Origin: the human T2T-CHM13v2.0 reference genome, Homo sapiens
Length of the DNA: 64,000 nucleotides
Direction: 5' to 3' (one strand)
NCBI RefSeq assembly: GCF_009914755.1
Contig: NC_060928.1
Below, in pieces: positions 25,997 to 43,637 of this stretch. The translations under genes and the position numbers were made by a program. The notes under the pieces are model-generated. The model was given only the letters and a program-made list of their open reading frames with translations. It was not told the DNA's origin and did not search any database. The stretch's first letter is position 1. The number at the start of each line of letters is the position of its first letter.

Positions 25997-26535
25997 TCAT
26001 GTATCATGGATTCTAGAGAGCTTATTTTTTCCTTTTTCAACAGCTGTGAAATTTGGATGCACCTTACAATCAAGAGTTCTTAGACTTGATTTCTCCTTGA
26101 GGGGATTTGCATTTGCTTTTGTCAGTCACTAGAAATACTACCAACCTGAGATTATTCTTAATTAAATTATCTGCTTGAGCACTCTCTAAATTAAATTATC
26201 TAGGTTAAAAATCTGTTGTTTTTTTGAGCCTCATTGATAAGGTAAATTCATGCCACAAACCCATGTGAGTAATGGTTTGTGCTTCAAATTCTTGAGGGAG
26301 ATTCTTTTTCTCTCCAAGTAGTGTCAATGTCAAGTTTGAGACCAGCCAGTTTTCCTGCTATCTCTCTGCATGATGGGTTTGGTTTTCATTTGCCCTTTTT
26401 TGAGAATGTAGCCATTTGGTGACTCAGCTGTATGTATGGGCAATTAATTAGATTCCCAAGTTTATCCTTGGAATAAATTGCAAATATAAATTGCAAATAA
26501 AAATGAAAAGCTCTTACCTTTGATGACATACGCTA
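25997..26535. mobile_element. Possible MER104/Kanga (Tc2) ends flanking an inserted L1M-like piece
   Basis: tcatggattcta..gaaatttggatgcaccttacaatc (25997-26070) and tctta..tttgatgacatacg (26512-26532) resemble MER104 termini. Confidence 0.35.
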
Positions 26536-26799
26536 TATAAGGGAATTTCTTTCGATGGGAAGATTTGTGTATTCTCTGTTGCAGTCTATGATCAAAGTGT
26601 TTTGTCAAGTTGTCAGAAAGATATCAAACATCGCTGCAATCATTCATGTTAGGAACATTCTTTTTTATTCTTCTACTTTGTAGTCTCAGTCATAAGCTAT
26701 CACCAATGTTAATTGCATCAATAACAATGAGGTCTCCATCTACTCTCACTGTTCCTGAATGTTGGCACGTATGAAAAGGAAAGAGGCCTTGCCTTGCAA

Positions 26800-28000
26800 T
26801 CCAGACTTATTGCTCCCTTCACAGTCAAGGGAATTCCCTTCCTTTCTCTCTCTTCTTGTGTTAGACCCATATTTTCTATCTCTCATCTATTCTATTTTGT
26901 GGTCAAGCTCCTTGTTTTGTTAGAGCACCCCACAGGTGCTTCTGGAGAGAGAGAGGTGAGAGATTAACTTTTCAAAGATAATTTATATCTAAAATGTGTT
27001 TATTCTAATCTTCTATTTGACTGGCATTTTGTGTGAGTATAGGAATCTAGGTTGGAAATAAGTTTCCTTCTGTGTTTTGAAGGCATTTTTATATCATTTT
27101 GTTAATTTCTTGTGGTGATGTTAGTGAATGAAAGCAATTCTGATTCCCAGCAATTTGCATGTAACCAACTTTTCTCTTTGTTGGTTAGTTTGTTTTTTCA
27201 TTTTTCTCTAGAAGCTATTAAAATCCCCTCTTTGCATGTTTATGAAATTTTACATTAATGTGCTTTGCTGTGGATCTACTCTTGACATTGTGTTGGGAAC
27301 TAAGTATACCCTTCCGTTTTAGAAACTCATGTCCTTCAATCTTGTGATACTATCTTGAATTATTTTATTAATAATTTTCTCCCTCCTATCACCTCATTTT
27401 CTATATTTCTTTTTCCTCTTTGAAATTCCTATTATTCTGATGGTGAACCTCCTAGAATGGACTTCCAAGTTTCTTACCTTTCTCTCTTAATCTATGTGTT
27501 CTTTTGTTCTATATTCTAGGATAATTTCCATAACTTTATGTTTTATATGCTTTTAAATTTACTTTTACATTTTAAAACATGTTTTATTTTATTGTATTTA
27601 TTTTGTTTCCTTTAAATATCTTATTTTTAAATATTTAATTTTTTTCTTTCTTTTTTTTTACATTTTAAGAGCTACTTTTTGTTCTCGACATATTTCTTTT
27701 CTTGGAGGATGCCCATCTGGCTTCAGGGCTGCAATTTGTTTTCTTATCTTCTGTTGATATCTTTTTTTTAATAACTACCTTTAAAAAATGTCTCTGCATA
27801 GTTTCTATTTCTTCCAAATTTCTTTTATTCTTTTTGGTTTGTTTAGTCTCTATCTTATATGGAAGAAGCTTTTCTCAGATGACAATTCTGGGATCTCTGC
27901 TAATGATTAAGGATGGGGGAGTAACAAGTGATTGCAAGCATTGACATGTGGATGAGATTGACGACCTTGACTTCATTTCAGGGTGATCAGGAAGGGCTAA
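26800..28000 (-). mobile_element. HAL1/L1ME ORF1-like fragment
   Basis: gagtataggaatctaggttggaaata..ttttgaaggcatt..agaaactcatgtccttcaatc. Confidence 0.6.
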
Positions 28001-29439
28001 TGATGGCATACCTGTCACGTAATTTCCTATTTTCATTAGGTACTCAGTTGTTTAACTGTGCCTGGAATCCTTTTGTCCAGACAATATCCCTTTTACCTTC
28101 TTCAGACATTAGGATTTCTTCAAGGATGCAGAAAAAAGTAGCCACCTAAAGTCATGAAGCAGGAGAAGGCATCTAGGGCCTTAAGGATCTAATGATTCCT
28201 TAAACATCTTCTCTTCATCTTTCACTTTACTGTAGCATGACATCCTTCACTCCAATTCTAAATTTCCCAGTGCAACTGCATCCTGAGCATTTTAAAGATT
28301 GTCCTGTTTAAACTGGGTTGCCTCCCCTCTGTGCCCACTACAATCTTAGATCCCTTTACTAAAAAGCTGAAGCCTAAGGGTTTTAAACAGTTTTCCAGTG
28401 GATACCACCCCAAGATAATTCAGGGAGTGTCTCATATAGTTCTAAGGGGAAAGTCATGGGGCTTGGTTTATGGGCCATGTAGAGAGAAGTGTTAAAAAAT
28501 TATCATTTCTCTTTCTCCTTTTCACCTTTAGTCTGCTGTTCAACCAGTATAGTGAAATCACTTTAAGTAAAATCCTGTTTTGCTCAAAACACTGTGAATC
28601 TTCCAGTGTAACTCCAGTTCCCACATTCTTACTTGAGCTTTAATATATCATTTGTGAAAGAAAGTCAACACTAATTTATCCAAATTTCCCTTTGAATAAA
28701 CTTTAAAGTAGCCAGAGCAAACTTAACTATAATTTTACTGTTAATCAATAATAGAAATTAGCTAAAAGGAAGATCTGAAAATCAATACACCCAGCTTGTT
28801 TGCGTGTTGGTTGGTTTTGGTCATCAGACCATATGCCCACCATTTTCAAGTTTTAGAATTAATAATTGACTGCTCTTATGGGAGAGGGAAGAAAAAAGAA
28901 GAGGAAGAGCAATTAGATTGCGTGATTTATGGAGAGAGGATAGAATAAAAAAATACCAGAGAGCAGAATTGAAAAGCAGGAGTTTTAGCATTTTTGTTGA
29001 TGTTGTTTGTTTACTTTAACCTTAAGGCCATTTGATTTGGGTGAGGAAGTTTGCAGCTTTGAATGACCAAATAATAAATTCAGTAATATAATTTTTAAGT
29101 GAAGTCATTTAACTGTTTATCTTTTCCTCTCATGTGCTATATTCTAAGATGTCCAAATACTTAAGGCTTTGTTTGTAAAGTTGCTCAGAAATCTATGGGA
29201 TAAACAGGCCAAAATTTGATTTTATTACATTCATAGTTCTTAATTAAAATACACATTTGTAAATTCAGTTTTACAATCATATATCTTCATGGAGTACCAC
29301 CTCATCATATGGCCTATGTACTTTGCTGGGCATATAAATTTGGCTAATTATGTAGCTCCTATCCTTAGTAAATTTATAGTGCAGGTGGGGAGAAAACAGC
29401 CGAACAGATATTTCAGAATAATGTGATCCATGTAGACAT

Positions 29440-30140
29440 TTATCAGTTACAACTACAATTGTGTATCACAGAAAGTGGCTTAAGTAAAAAATGGCATTTA
29501 TTGGCTCATATAAATGAAACATTCAGGGGTATGCCTCCTTTTCTGTGAGGCACTAATGCATTCACATAAAGTCACTATCTTCAGGCCCCACAGAGGAGCC
29601 CTGGCTTTGCCAGGCTCACATTGTTAGCCCAGCAAATGTTTAAGAAAATGGATTCTAGCTTTCTCTCTAATCCAAACTGGAATTGAATCTGATCATCTTG
29701 AATCAGTCTTATTTGTCTTGTTAATATCTGCCTTAACCTACTACTTTTATTGCTGTGACCAAGCACACTGGAGTATTGCAGTAATACTGAAGTGGCTTAA
29801 ATGAGTTGTATCTGTGCTGAGTATAGAATATCTTCAGCCTTCGGAGTGGGCAAGCAGAGCCTGAGGTAGCCAGAGTCCCCTGACTAGCCACCTCTGGCCA
29901 TCAGCAGCTTCATGTGACATTCTAATTAATATCAATTTTTATGTGGACCATGCTAAGGATAAGATTGGGAAATACTGTCTTAACCAATTTTTATCACTAG
30001 AGAGATACAGTACTTTGATTGGTCATCCTTGAAATTGGCTGATATCAATTATATGTGAATTCTACGAATGGAGAGTCAGTGAAAGGGTGTAATTGCTCTA
30101 AAATGCATTTGGTAGGTTGTTAGCAGAGTGAAGGAGTTTC
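29440..30140 (-). mobile_element. Old MLT1K/L-like LTR, probably with a nested hAT MITE (~29780-29978)
   Basis: agtggcttaagtaaaaaatggcatttattggctcatataaatgaaa; internal segment ends gattgggaaatactg. Confidence 0.45.
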
Positions 30141-31559
30141 AAACAAATGGTCACTCAACACAGTGGTGAAGGTCTGATTCTGTATTTTATTGTCAGAAAA
30201 TTGGAGCTCTTCTCATGCTCTAGAAATAAAATATCACAGAGCTTTATGTTTGAAATGTTTCTCAATGCATACATTGACAAAATAATTGTAAGAATGCTAC
30301 CTTTTTCCTAACTTTACATTAAAATTAAATTTTTGAGTATTTACACCAAGCGATTTGTATTAGTTAAAAACAACAAGGAAAAGACAAGGAGAGGAAGAAC
30401 TTGAAGTGAAAATTTTCAATGAAAGTTCATCCCTGTGTGAAAGCCTCCACTTCATGGGCATGACAAATACCCCTTGATGTAGGCACCACCCTCATTTATA
30501 GGCCTGGAGCACGCTTTTAACAGTCTGGAGAACCCCCAGGGAAATTGGTTTCTTAGGATTATTGCAAATAAGATCTGATTAGTTAATTATTCCTTTGTCT
30601 GAAAGAGCCCATTAAATTTGATGAAGGAATCTGTCAATGCATTTAAAGGTACAACTGAGTGAAAGGTGAGAACAAATGCTGACAAGTATGGTAAACATAA
30701 GACACACCTGACAAGACACAGGACAAGTTAAGCAAATGGCTCATAAAACTGATTTAGCAGGAGGATAGTAAAATCCTTCCTTTCAAGGGATTTGCCTTTT
30801 TACTAAGCATTTATTTGGAGACAGGATCTACTAAGGAAGGTGGACTGCATAGTTTTTACTAGAATTTACAGACATCAATCTTGTATAATAATTCTTTATA
30901 ATGGCACTAAATCTATTAAGTTCTTACAGACATTTTTCGTTTACATAAACATTTTCTTTGACTAAAGTCAGACATTCACTCTTTCTTGGCCATAATAATT
31001 ATTTTTGACAGGTACTCTTCTATATCTCTTTTAAACGTCATACAGAATTGGGTTTCTATTGTGGTGAAAGCTGCCATAAGGTAATGATTTAGAAATAATT
31101 ACAATGAGAAATTGGCCTAGGGAAGACCCAAAAAACTTCACCCTCTGCTAAGAAATTGTATAGCTACTACTTCATACTCCTCTAGTTATAGATTATTTCA
31201 TCCAATAACCACTATGATAATAGTTATTCGTCATATAAAGGCCTTTAAAAGGATGGAGATTTATTTTGTTTTTAAATAAGCACCCAGGCAATTGAATGTT
31301 TATTCAAAACATATCTGAACCTCAATGGTCTGGAAAATGCTTAAATTCATGAACAGTTGCAAAATTTGTAGCTTCGGAAGACAATGAAACCAGACTTCTT
31401 GGTAACATTTTATAGTAGTCTGAGATTTTCTCATTGTACTGTCTAATGAGATATCTACATGTCTATTGTTTTTTAAGGCTGTGGTGAATGTCGAGTTATG
31501 CCTGTGCTTTGGCCATCATTGCTACTGGGCAAAGTCTGTTCTCTAAGTTATACCCCTTC

Positions 31560-31981
31560 ATTAACAACAATGTAATGCTAGATGCTGAAACAAATAAACC
31601 CCAAATTCCTTGTGGCTTAACATAATGTAAATTTATTTCTCACTCATATCAAGCTGAAGTGGCAGCTGGGGCTCTACTCTCTGCAGCTCACAGGGACCCA
31701 GTTTTATGAAACACTCAGTGTCCAAAATCACTCAGCCTCAAAATCCAGCCTGCCGATGGGAATAGAGAAAGAGTGGAAATCTCATGGGAAAATATTTTCA
31801 AAATATCACTTCTGCCCACTTTCCATTTTCCAGGATTTAGCCTCATGTCTCTACCCAGATGTAAGTGGTCTTGGAAAATGTTCCTTCCTGGGGGAGGGGA
31901 AGAGGCTGCTTCTCAGCAACTAATGCACACTGGGAAAGAAAAGTAGAGAAATTTGGTGGCCAGCTAGCAATTTCTGTTGCA
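31560..31981 (-). mobile_element. MLT1J-like MaLR LTR
   Basis: aacaaataaaccccaaatt..gtggcttaaca..tttatttctcactca..atcacttctgcccactttccatt..tttggtggccagctagca. Confidence 0.7.
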
Positions 31982-32509
31982 GCCTCTGCATAACACTTTG
32001 CTGGAGCTACAGTTGCTTATGACATGTGTGTCTGAATGATAAACTGCCATGGAAATAAGTCTCCAATCTTCAGTGGGCTTTCCATTTCAGGCAGCAAGGA
32101 GAGGTCCAAAAACATTTTGTTAACTCCCAGTGTTTTAGGGACAGTGAAAAGAAAATCTTCAAATTCCCAACAGTCTAATGGCTTTGGAGATCCCTATAAC
32201 CTCTGAGCACATTCTGCCTTCAGCATTGGCCAGGCCTGGAGGCAGTGACCAGAGTTCCGGCCTTCAAGTATGGCAGTATGGCAGACCTATAGTTTGAGGG
32301 TGCTGTCTGGTTTTTCAGTGGCCTTAAGGTATCCCCAAATTCGCCCTTGGCTGGCATGGGCTGAAGATTTATGTTAAAGTACTTAGTTTTGACAAATTAA
32401 ACTGACATTATAAATTTTAAAAACTGAAAATGTTTCTATGGAAGGAGGTTGATGTTTTAAGTAAGCCATATGACTCTTTTCTCAGTTCACTCAGTAATAA
32501 AATTATTAA

Positions 32510-32712
32510 TAGAAATAGTGCAACTGCTTAGATAGGGCCCTGCTCAAAGCATTTTAGAGGTATTAACCAATTAAATCTTCACAATTACCTTGTGAGGTAC
32601 CATTATTACCTCCATTTTATAAATGAGCACATTGAGCTTTGGAAATTTGCTCAGTGTCAGAGCTCCAGGAAAGGGCACACCCAGCATTCTGAACCCAGGG
32701 AGTATGACTTAC
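32510..32712 (-). mobile_element. MIR
   Basis: ttaaatcttcacaattaccttgtgaggtaccattattacctccattttataaatgag. Confidence 0.75.
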
Positions 32713-34128
32713 TGGGTTAAGCAACCAGGGAGTTAACCACCACACCAGCTGTCTCTTCCTTGGCTCCTTGATAAGCTGGTAAGATGAAACCCATTGTTAT
32801 AGTGACTTTATGTTTTCTATTTTATGAGAAAAACCAGTATGCTAAACTGGTTCTCATGAGTAGTAGAGTGCACTAATATTTCTAATTGTGGAGCCTAGAT
32901 AGGGCTTAAAAGGTGTGGTGAGGATGCAGGACTGGGAGGTGCTAATCATGAGATAGTTGAGTAGCAGACATTAAAGCCATTTGATGAGAGATAGGCAAGA
33001 TGAGGTCACTTTACTATGGAGAAGAGCCACCTGAAATTTGCATATATGTGCATACACAATATAAAACAAAGAACTGCTGGCAGGATGCTACATTCCTTTA
33101 TGTTGAGGTACGGCTAAAAATGCATGCTTGTCTTCCCTCCAACACCAGCAGTGGAATAGCTTGTTTTCTGCTACCTCCTTTCCAATCTAGCTCCTTCACA
33201 AAGCATGCTCGTCCATTTTGGTGTATCTTTCTGTGGACTACCTCTGTGATTTACTTAGAAATTATTAATCAGATGTTGTCTTCTTAAAAATATAAGTGCT
33301 CATGTAATTTCTCTCAAACAAGATTGTAAATGCACTGAAGGTAGAAAGAAACATCTTTTGCTTCCTTGTTATCTCTCTATATCAGTTAGTGGGATACTTA
33401 ATTTTCGTTAAGTCTATTTACAGAGAACCATGTGGAATGGAAAGCCATAGACAAATTACAGCCTTATAGTCAGTCAATTCTTTCTAAATTCATGCCCACT
33501 GTGTTATAGTTTGCTTTGATTCCACATTATCAGTGTCCTTCTCAGATGCCTGAACCTAGAAAACACATACCTCAGACAAAAAAGTTTTCTGGACAAATTG
33601 CAGCAATGATGTGTACTTTGTTGGCTGGAAAATCTTCTGATTCAACCACGAGGGCATCTCTAATTGTCACAGCGGGTAGAAGCAGAATAAATGAATAAGA
33701 TCAAGATGCTTGGATTTTTTGCTGGATCACAGAAAAATGAGGACACAGCAGACTGGTGCCTGAGTGACCACATGTGTGCTGGGGATGGCTTGGGCACTCC
33801 CTGCCACACTGCAAGTGATGTCACCAAGTAATCGTTTACAGCTTTGTCCTCACTTCAAACTTGGCATGGGATTCAAACACTTGTTTAAAATTATAGTAGA
33901 CTGTCCTATTTAAATTTATTTTTATATTGACATTTTATAATGTAATTTGACATGCAAAGTAGCTATATATATTTTAAGTCAATTGAACAAACAAAAAAGG
34001 GTACAACACTCTGGCAAACAAATAAACATCTGTGAGTGCATTTTTCCCACTGGATGGTTATAGAACACAATTCCAATTACTTGTTGCAGCAATTATCCAG
34101 AAAATCTTTTGGAAATATAATTTTAAGA

Positions 34129-34760
34129 TGTTACCAGAAAGGGGTCCCATTTCAGACCCCAAGAGAGGGTTCTTGAATCTCCTGCAAGAAAGAATCGAAG
34201 AGTCCATAGAGTAAAGTGAAAGTAAGTTTATTAAGAAAGTGAAGGTATAAAAGAATGGCTACTCCATAGGCAGAGCAGCAGCTTGGGCTCCTGGACAAAG
34301 GATACTTATAGTTATTTCTTGATTACATGCTAAACAAAGGGTGGATTATTCATGGGTGTTCTGGGAAAGGGGTGGGCAGTTCCCAGAACTGAGGGTTTCT
34401 CCCCTTTTTAGACCACACAGGGTAACTTCCTGACATTGCCATGGCATTTGTAAACTGTCGTGACACTGCTGGGAGTGTCTTTTAGCATGCTAATGCTTTG
34501 TAATTAGCACATAATGAACAGTGAGAACGACCGGAGGTCACTTTTGCCACCATCTTGGTTTTGGTGGGTTTTGGCCGTCTTCTTTACTGCAATCTGTCTT
34601 ATCAGCAAGGTTTTTACAATCTGTATTTTGTGTTGACTTCCAATCTCATCCTGTGACTTAGAATGTCTAACCTCCTGGAAATGCAGTCCAGTAAGTCTCA
34701 GTCTTATTTTACTCAGCACCTATTCAAGATGGAGTTGCTCTGGTTCAAATGCCTCCGACA
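34129..34760 (-). mobile_element. MER41B ERV1 solo LTR
   Basis: Full length: tgttaccagaaaggggtcc..ccccaagagagggttcttg...caagatggagttgctctggttcaaatgcctccgaca; tandem GAS motifs at 34359 and 34380. Confidence 0.92.
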
Positions 34761-35212
34761 GATGGAGTCAATTATTCATCAACTACAAATCTATGACTTA
34801 TCAGGTAACAATTATTTTTGGAAACTTGGGACAGTATTTTGAGGATTTGTCACTTGACATGTTATTTACATCTTTTCTTATACACACCCAAACCACCTTT
34901 CTCTGTTCTTGATAGCATAAGATTCTGACAAGACTACTTACTGGCAAATATCACAGTTCCTTAAGAATACTTCATCTTCTTCCACAAGTGGTATTTTTGT
35001 AGTTAGATTCACATTAAAGAATTGTATATGTTGATGGTGTGCATTTGTAGGAACTTTCTGTGAATTTTTTTTGTATTTCTATTTACAAAATTATCTGCAA
35101 TTCCATAAATCATAAAGACAGACAAGAGATATTTATTTGTCCAATAAAAGTTCAAATTGCTTAAAGCTCTAAGGTCATGTTTTTTTTTCCCCCAAAGAAT
35201 ATGCTTTTCACA

Positions 35213-36680
35213 TATATTTATTCATTCAACAAATATTTATCAAGTGTCGGGAAGTATTCAGGTTACATGAAGTACATTATTGGGAAAACAAAAGCCTCAG
35301 CTTTTATTGAGGTTATGTAGTAGCATGGAAAGGATGACTATATACAATAAACATAATAAATAAGCAAGTCATACAGTCTGTTAGAGGGTGATAGGTGCTG
35401 TGGAAAAAACATTAAGCGGAGCATATAAGCGGAATCAAAACAGTGAATAGCTGGGTGGGCAGTGTTGTAATTTGAATAGGCTGATTTGGATAAGTGTACT
35501 TGAAAAGTTGGCATTTCAGCAAAGACTTGAAAGAGGTGAGAGGGTTGGCCATGTGGATAGTTTGAGAAGTGTTGTAGGCAGAGATAACAGCAGTGAAATA
35601 GTTTTAAGTAACAACTTGCCTGAAATGTACAAAGGGCAGCAAGAAGGCCAGTGTGGCTGGGACCAAGGGCAGGGAGGAGGAGGAGGAGAAGAGGTTGACA
35701 GATTAACAGTGTGGAGGAGAGGGCAGCTCAGGGAGAGGGAGGGACTTGTCAGCCATTGTGAGGACCCACTTCTAATAGAGGCAGAAGGCAGAGAAATCCT
35801 AGGCAAACAGGGGCAGGTCCCTGGTGAAACCCCACTTTCAAGCCCAAAACATCCTGAAACCTGCAGACCAGAGTGAGAACTTCTATTCCTGTTTACTTGC
35901 TCTCTCCCGATTGGTTCTTTCTGAATAACACCTTTTAACCAGTTGAATGTTGCCTTTTCCAATACTACCTATGGCCCATGCTGCCCCCACCCTGTGCCTG
36001 TAAAGACCCAGACTCCGTTGGTAGAGTGGTGATGGTCTCATGGGAAGGAGATGGCCTGACGTCAGGGAAGAGACCTCCTGACTTCAGGGGAAGATGACCT
36101 GCCTTTCCCATCCCCTCTACAGCTCCCCTCTCTGCTGAGAGCTGTTTTCATTGCTCAACAAAATTATCTGCCCTCACCATTCTTCAGTAATCAAGTGTGA
36201 CCTCATTCTTCTTGGATGCTGGACAAGAGCTTGGGACCCACCAAGTATGAGTACTCAGAAAGGCTGTCACACTGGCCCTTTGCCTTTGCTGGTGGAGGGC
36301 AGCCACCTCACGCAACAGGGTCGGGGCTGACTGAGCTGCTAACATGCCGCTGTTCATTGGGCTGTGGACAGTGGAACTAAAAGAGCTAATCAGCAGACTA
36401 ACACCACCTCTGGGGCTTTGGGGTCACGGGCACCCTTGCCTGAGTGCCACTGTGTTCCCCTCAAGACGAAATGCCTGGTCTGGCTATAGGCCCTGCTTGG
36501 AGTTTGCTCCTGTGTCAGCTGAGTGGCCGGCCGAATCCCACACTCACTCATTCATGTGCTTCCTCTTGAAGAGGCTGAGTATGATGGGCTAAGTAGGCAG
36601 CGCACCCTTGCTGGGAGTCCAGAAAAGGGGCTGAGAAAAATCCTGTATCACTTCTACTCTGAATGAAATGAGCAGCCAAA
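35213..36680 (-). mobile_element. L2a, split by an LTR1-family LTR
   Basis: ttattcattcaacaaatatttat; gcaagaaggccagtgtggctgg; gccattgtgaggac resumes after the LTR as tactctgaatgaaatg. Confidence 0.8.
35773..36650 (+). mobile_element. LTR1/LTR28-family ERV1 solo LTR
   Basis: taatagaggcagaaggcagagaaatcctaggc..gaaaccccactttcaagcc...gaaaaatcctgtatca; perfect 4-bp TSD CTTC. Confidence 0.8.
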
Positions 36681-37289
36681 GGCAGTCTCATAGCAGGTTC
36701 ACACAGCTACCTAGTGTAGGTGAATAGAATATTATCACTCCATTTTGTGGATGAAGAAATGAAGAGATGCTGAAAATTGAGGGGGCTGCAAAATAATCCG
36801 CTTTCAATAATTTCTTATGAAAAATAAAGGAAAATATTTGTAGAATGTCACTTTTTGACAGCTATTCCTCTTGGGGCCTGCCACTGTTAGCATTTTAATT
36901 TCTTTTTAATGCTTACAAATAATCATATAAGGCAGATATGTATCCAATTCAATAAATGAGAACATGAAGGTTTAGAGAAGTTATAAAATTTATAAAAGTT
37001 TACACATATAGTGAATATAGAGTCACAATTAAGTCTCTCTCACCTCAAATAACAAAACATTTTGTAAGGTTATATTGAAATAGTTTTAAATTTCAGACTA
37101 GGAATCATTTCAAACCCAGGAAATAAGACAAAATATAAAAGCATCCAACATATATACCTCGAAATATGTAAGCATTCAACATAGACCTCCAAGTTTAAAA
37201 GATATTAACTTTTTACCATGTTTGCTATAGGTCACTGGTTTTTTTTTTCTTTTTTGCCTTTAGAAAATAAGATACATTTTTTCTCATTT

Positions 37290-40928
<3,639 letters not shown>

Positions 40929-41850
40929 CATTTCTTAATTTTCAAACTTACAGAATATTTCCAGTTTCTTAAATTGATTTCTAATTTCTAGTCATAGAAA
41001 ATGGTCTATGTGATTTAACTTCTTTAAAAATTGTTAAATTTACTTTTTAGCCCAGGATATAGTGAGTTTTTATAAATATGCACATTGTAAAAGAACATGA
41101 ATTCTGTAGTTGTTGAATGGAATAGTTTATAGAAGTCTGCTAGGTCAATTTTTAAATTGTGCTATTCAAGTTTTTTACATCTTTATTGTTTTTTCTTCCA
41201 TTATATCCTTATAGAGAAAAATCTCTGACTCTGATGTTTTATGTATATTTTTATCCTTCTGGTTTTATCAATATTTGCTATTTTACTAAATACATTAAAA
41301 ATGAAAAAATAAAAGTAACTGGTGATCAGTTGTCTATTTCATCTTTATTCATTATGAAATGACCCTGTTGAAATACAATAATACTTTCTGCTGTAACATC
41401 TCTCTTTCTTTGATATTGCTATAACTAAAACTCTATTTTTAAGGAGAAAGTGTTAATATTTATGAGGTAAATATATTTCCAATTTTAAAATTTATAATCT
41501 CTGTATTCTTATTTTTATATGCATTATTAATAAAAAGTGTTTGTTGGGTGTTTGCATTTTCATCTACCTGTGCCTTTTAATTACAACATATCTCCCATTT
41601 ATGTTTAATGTAATTTTTGATATATTTTGGCTTAAATTCTACTAACATTTTTGCCCTATTTGTATGACCTGTTCTATATTGCTTTTTTCTTGTTTTCGTC
41701 TGCCCTTTTTTGTGTTTGTGTTAATTCTTGTCATTGCATATTCTTCTATCCTCTAGTTGAAATTCATAACTTTTTATTCTTTAGTAGGTATGCTACGAAA
41801 TACATGACACTTAATTTATCAAACCCAAAGTTATTTAAGACATTTTTCTG
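40929..41850 (-). mobile_element. Old L1M fragment (continuation of the host element)
   Basis: ttgatttctaattt..aaagaacatgaattctgtagttgttgaatggaatagtttatag..tctttattcattatgaaatgaccc. Confidence 0.65.
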
Positions 41851-43349
41851 AAGGGGATTTAGAATTAAAGCCTAGATGGTAAACCTCCAGAGTTTATTCT
41901 TTTAACACCTGTTTCCATTTTCATTGCAGATTGAGAAATTAAGGTCGCATCATATAAGTGAAGTTGAACACTACTTTTCTAATACCCTACATCAGGTACG
42001 TTCCTAAATAAACTGGAACTTACCTCAGAAGCCTCAGAAAATTAGGAAAATAAAATGCATTACTTTGTATATTAAGAAGCTCAAAATCCCATATTTGATT
42101 CACTATAGAATTACTTCAGAATCTCATATGTTGTTTAAGCAAAACCTGTCTCATATTAAAACATACCTACTGCTGTGTTGTCTATTTGCTTTTCTCTTTT
42201 TAAATGCCCTTTTGAGAAATGCTGCAAAAATTTTGTCCTGACATGTGGGGGCCCAACTGTTTCCTGCTATACTCAGCTTGGAGGACATAGCCTCTAGGTT
42301 ATACTCTTTTGAAATTGTCCTGTTGAAATGCATGTTTTGATTTTGGGATTTTCCAGATGCTTCCTAAGTAGGTCCCATGTGTTAAAACTTGTGGAAATTC
42401 AGCATGTTTCTCAATGTGAGGCATCTAAGTAGTTCACAAATTTAAGGCAATTAGTCTATTACTGGGATAAGACGATTAATTCTATTATATTCCATTGTTT
42501 ACATATTACTTGTTTAATCCATTTCCTATTCTATGCTTTGTTTTTTCATTTGTCTGAATTATTAAAAGTCACTACATTTTAACATTTTAAGCAATTTAAT
42601 TTTTATATATAATTATATCCTTTGGCTATTTAAACTGAAGACACATTGTATATGTAAATCAAATTAAGAAAAATAAATGGAGAGTGTGTTCACTTACAAC
42701 AGGAGGCTATCGCTGTGCTAAAACTTTCTGCTGCTTTTGAGTCTTGGAATTGTGGAATCACATAATATTTAAAAAAATTAGAAAGAACTTTAAATACCAT
42801 GTCCACAGACTTTCTCACTTTTCCAATGAGAAAACTGAGACCAAGAATGTTTAACAGACAGGTAATGCCTGAATTAGTCCTAGAATCCAGATTTCCTTAT
42901 TATTTACATGAAGTCCAGAAACATACCATATGTATTAAATACAATGGTTTCAAACATTAATGAAGTTTGATTCTGAAATGTGGGAGGGTTCATATAAGTC
43001 TAAAATTTTAGTCTGCTTAAGTATCCAAGTTTCTTGTTGTCTTAAAATTTCTTATTGGAGGAAGCCACTTTTCAGTCACTTTGATAGGCACAAAGGATTT
43101 TGTGGTGAGGAAAACTGATATAATCATAAAAATAATTATGAAATTACAAATGTTGATTTGTAAATACTCATTCCCTTTCTCCAACTCATTGCAGGTACCT
43201 CTTACAGATCTTTTAAACCTCAGACCAAATCTCCTTTCTTAGAATACCTTCAGACTAGGCCAGGTCTCTGGCCATGCACCCTTGTGTTATTGTACATGTT
43301 CTCACTCATCATTATGGGATGCCACAAGCTATGTTTGAAGTGTATACTC

Positions 43350-43625
43350 TAGATCATGGAGAGCCTTATAGGTCATAGTAAGGACTTGGGTTTTTATCTT
43401 TAAATAACCGAAAGCCAATGGAAAGGTTTTAATACTATCTATGTTTTTAAAAAATTGCCTGGTTGCCTTCTTGTAAGGCAGTAAGCATGGTTGGGGGAAA
43501 TCCTGTTAGAAGACTGTTGCAGTAGCACCATGGGAGACCATGAAAGCTTCTTCTAGGAAGTCACCCTGGAGGGAGAAGTGGATGAATCTGATAGACGTTT
43601 AGGCAGAAAATGGTAAGAACATAGA
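43350..43625 (-). mobile_element. L2 fragment
   Basis: agatcatggagagccttataggtcatagtaaggacttggg..gttagaagactgttgcagtag..gagaagtggatgaatctga. Confidence 0.7.
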
Positions 43626-43637
43626 GGGGAAAATACT

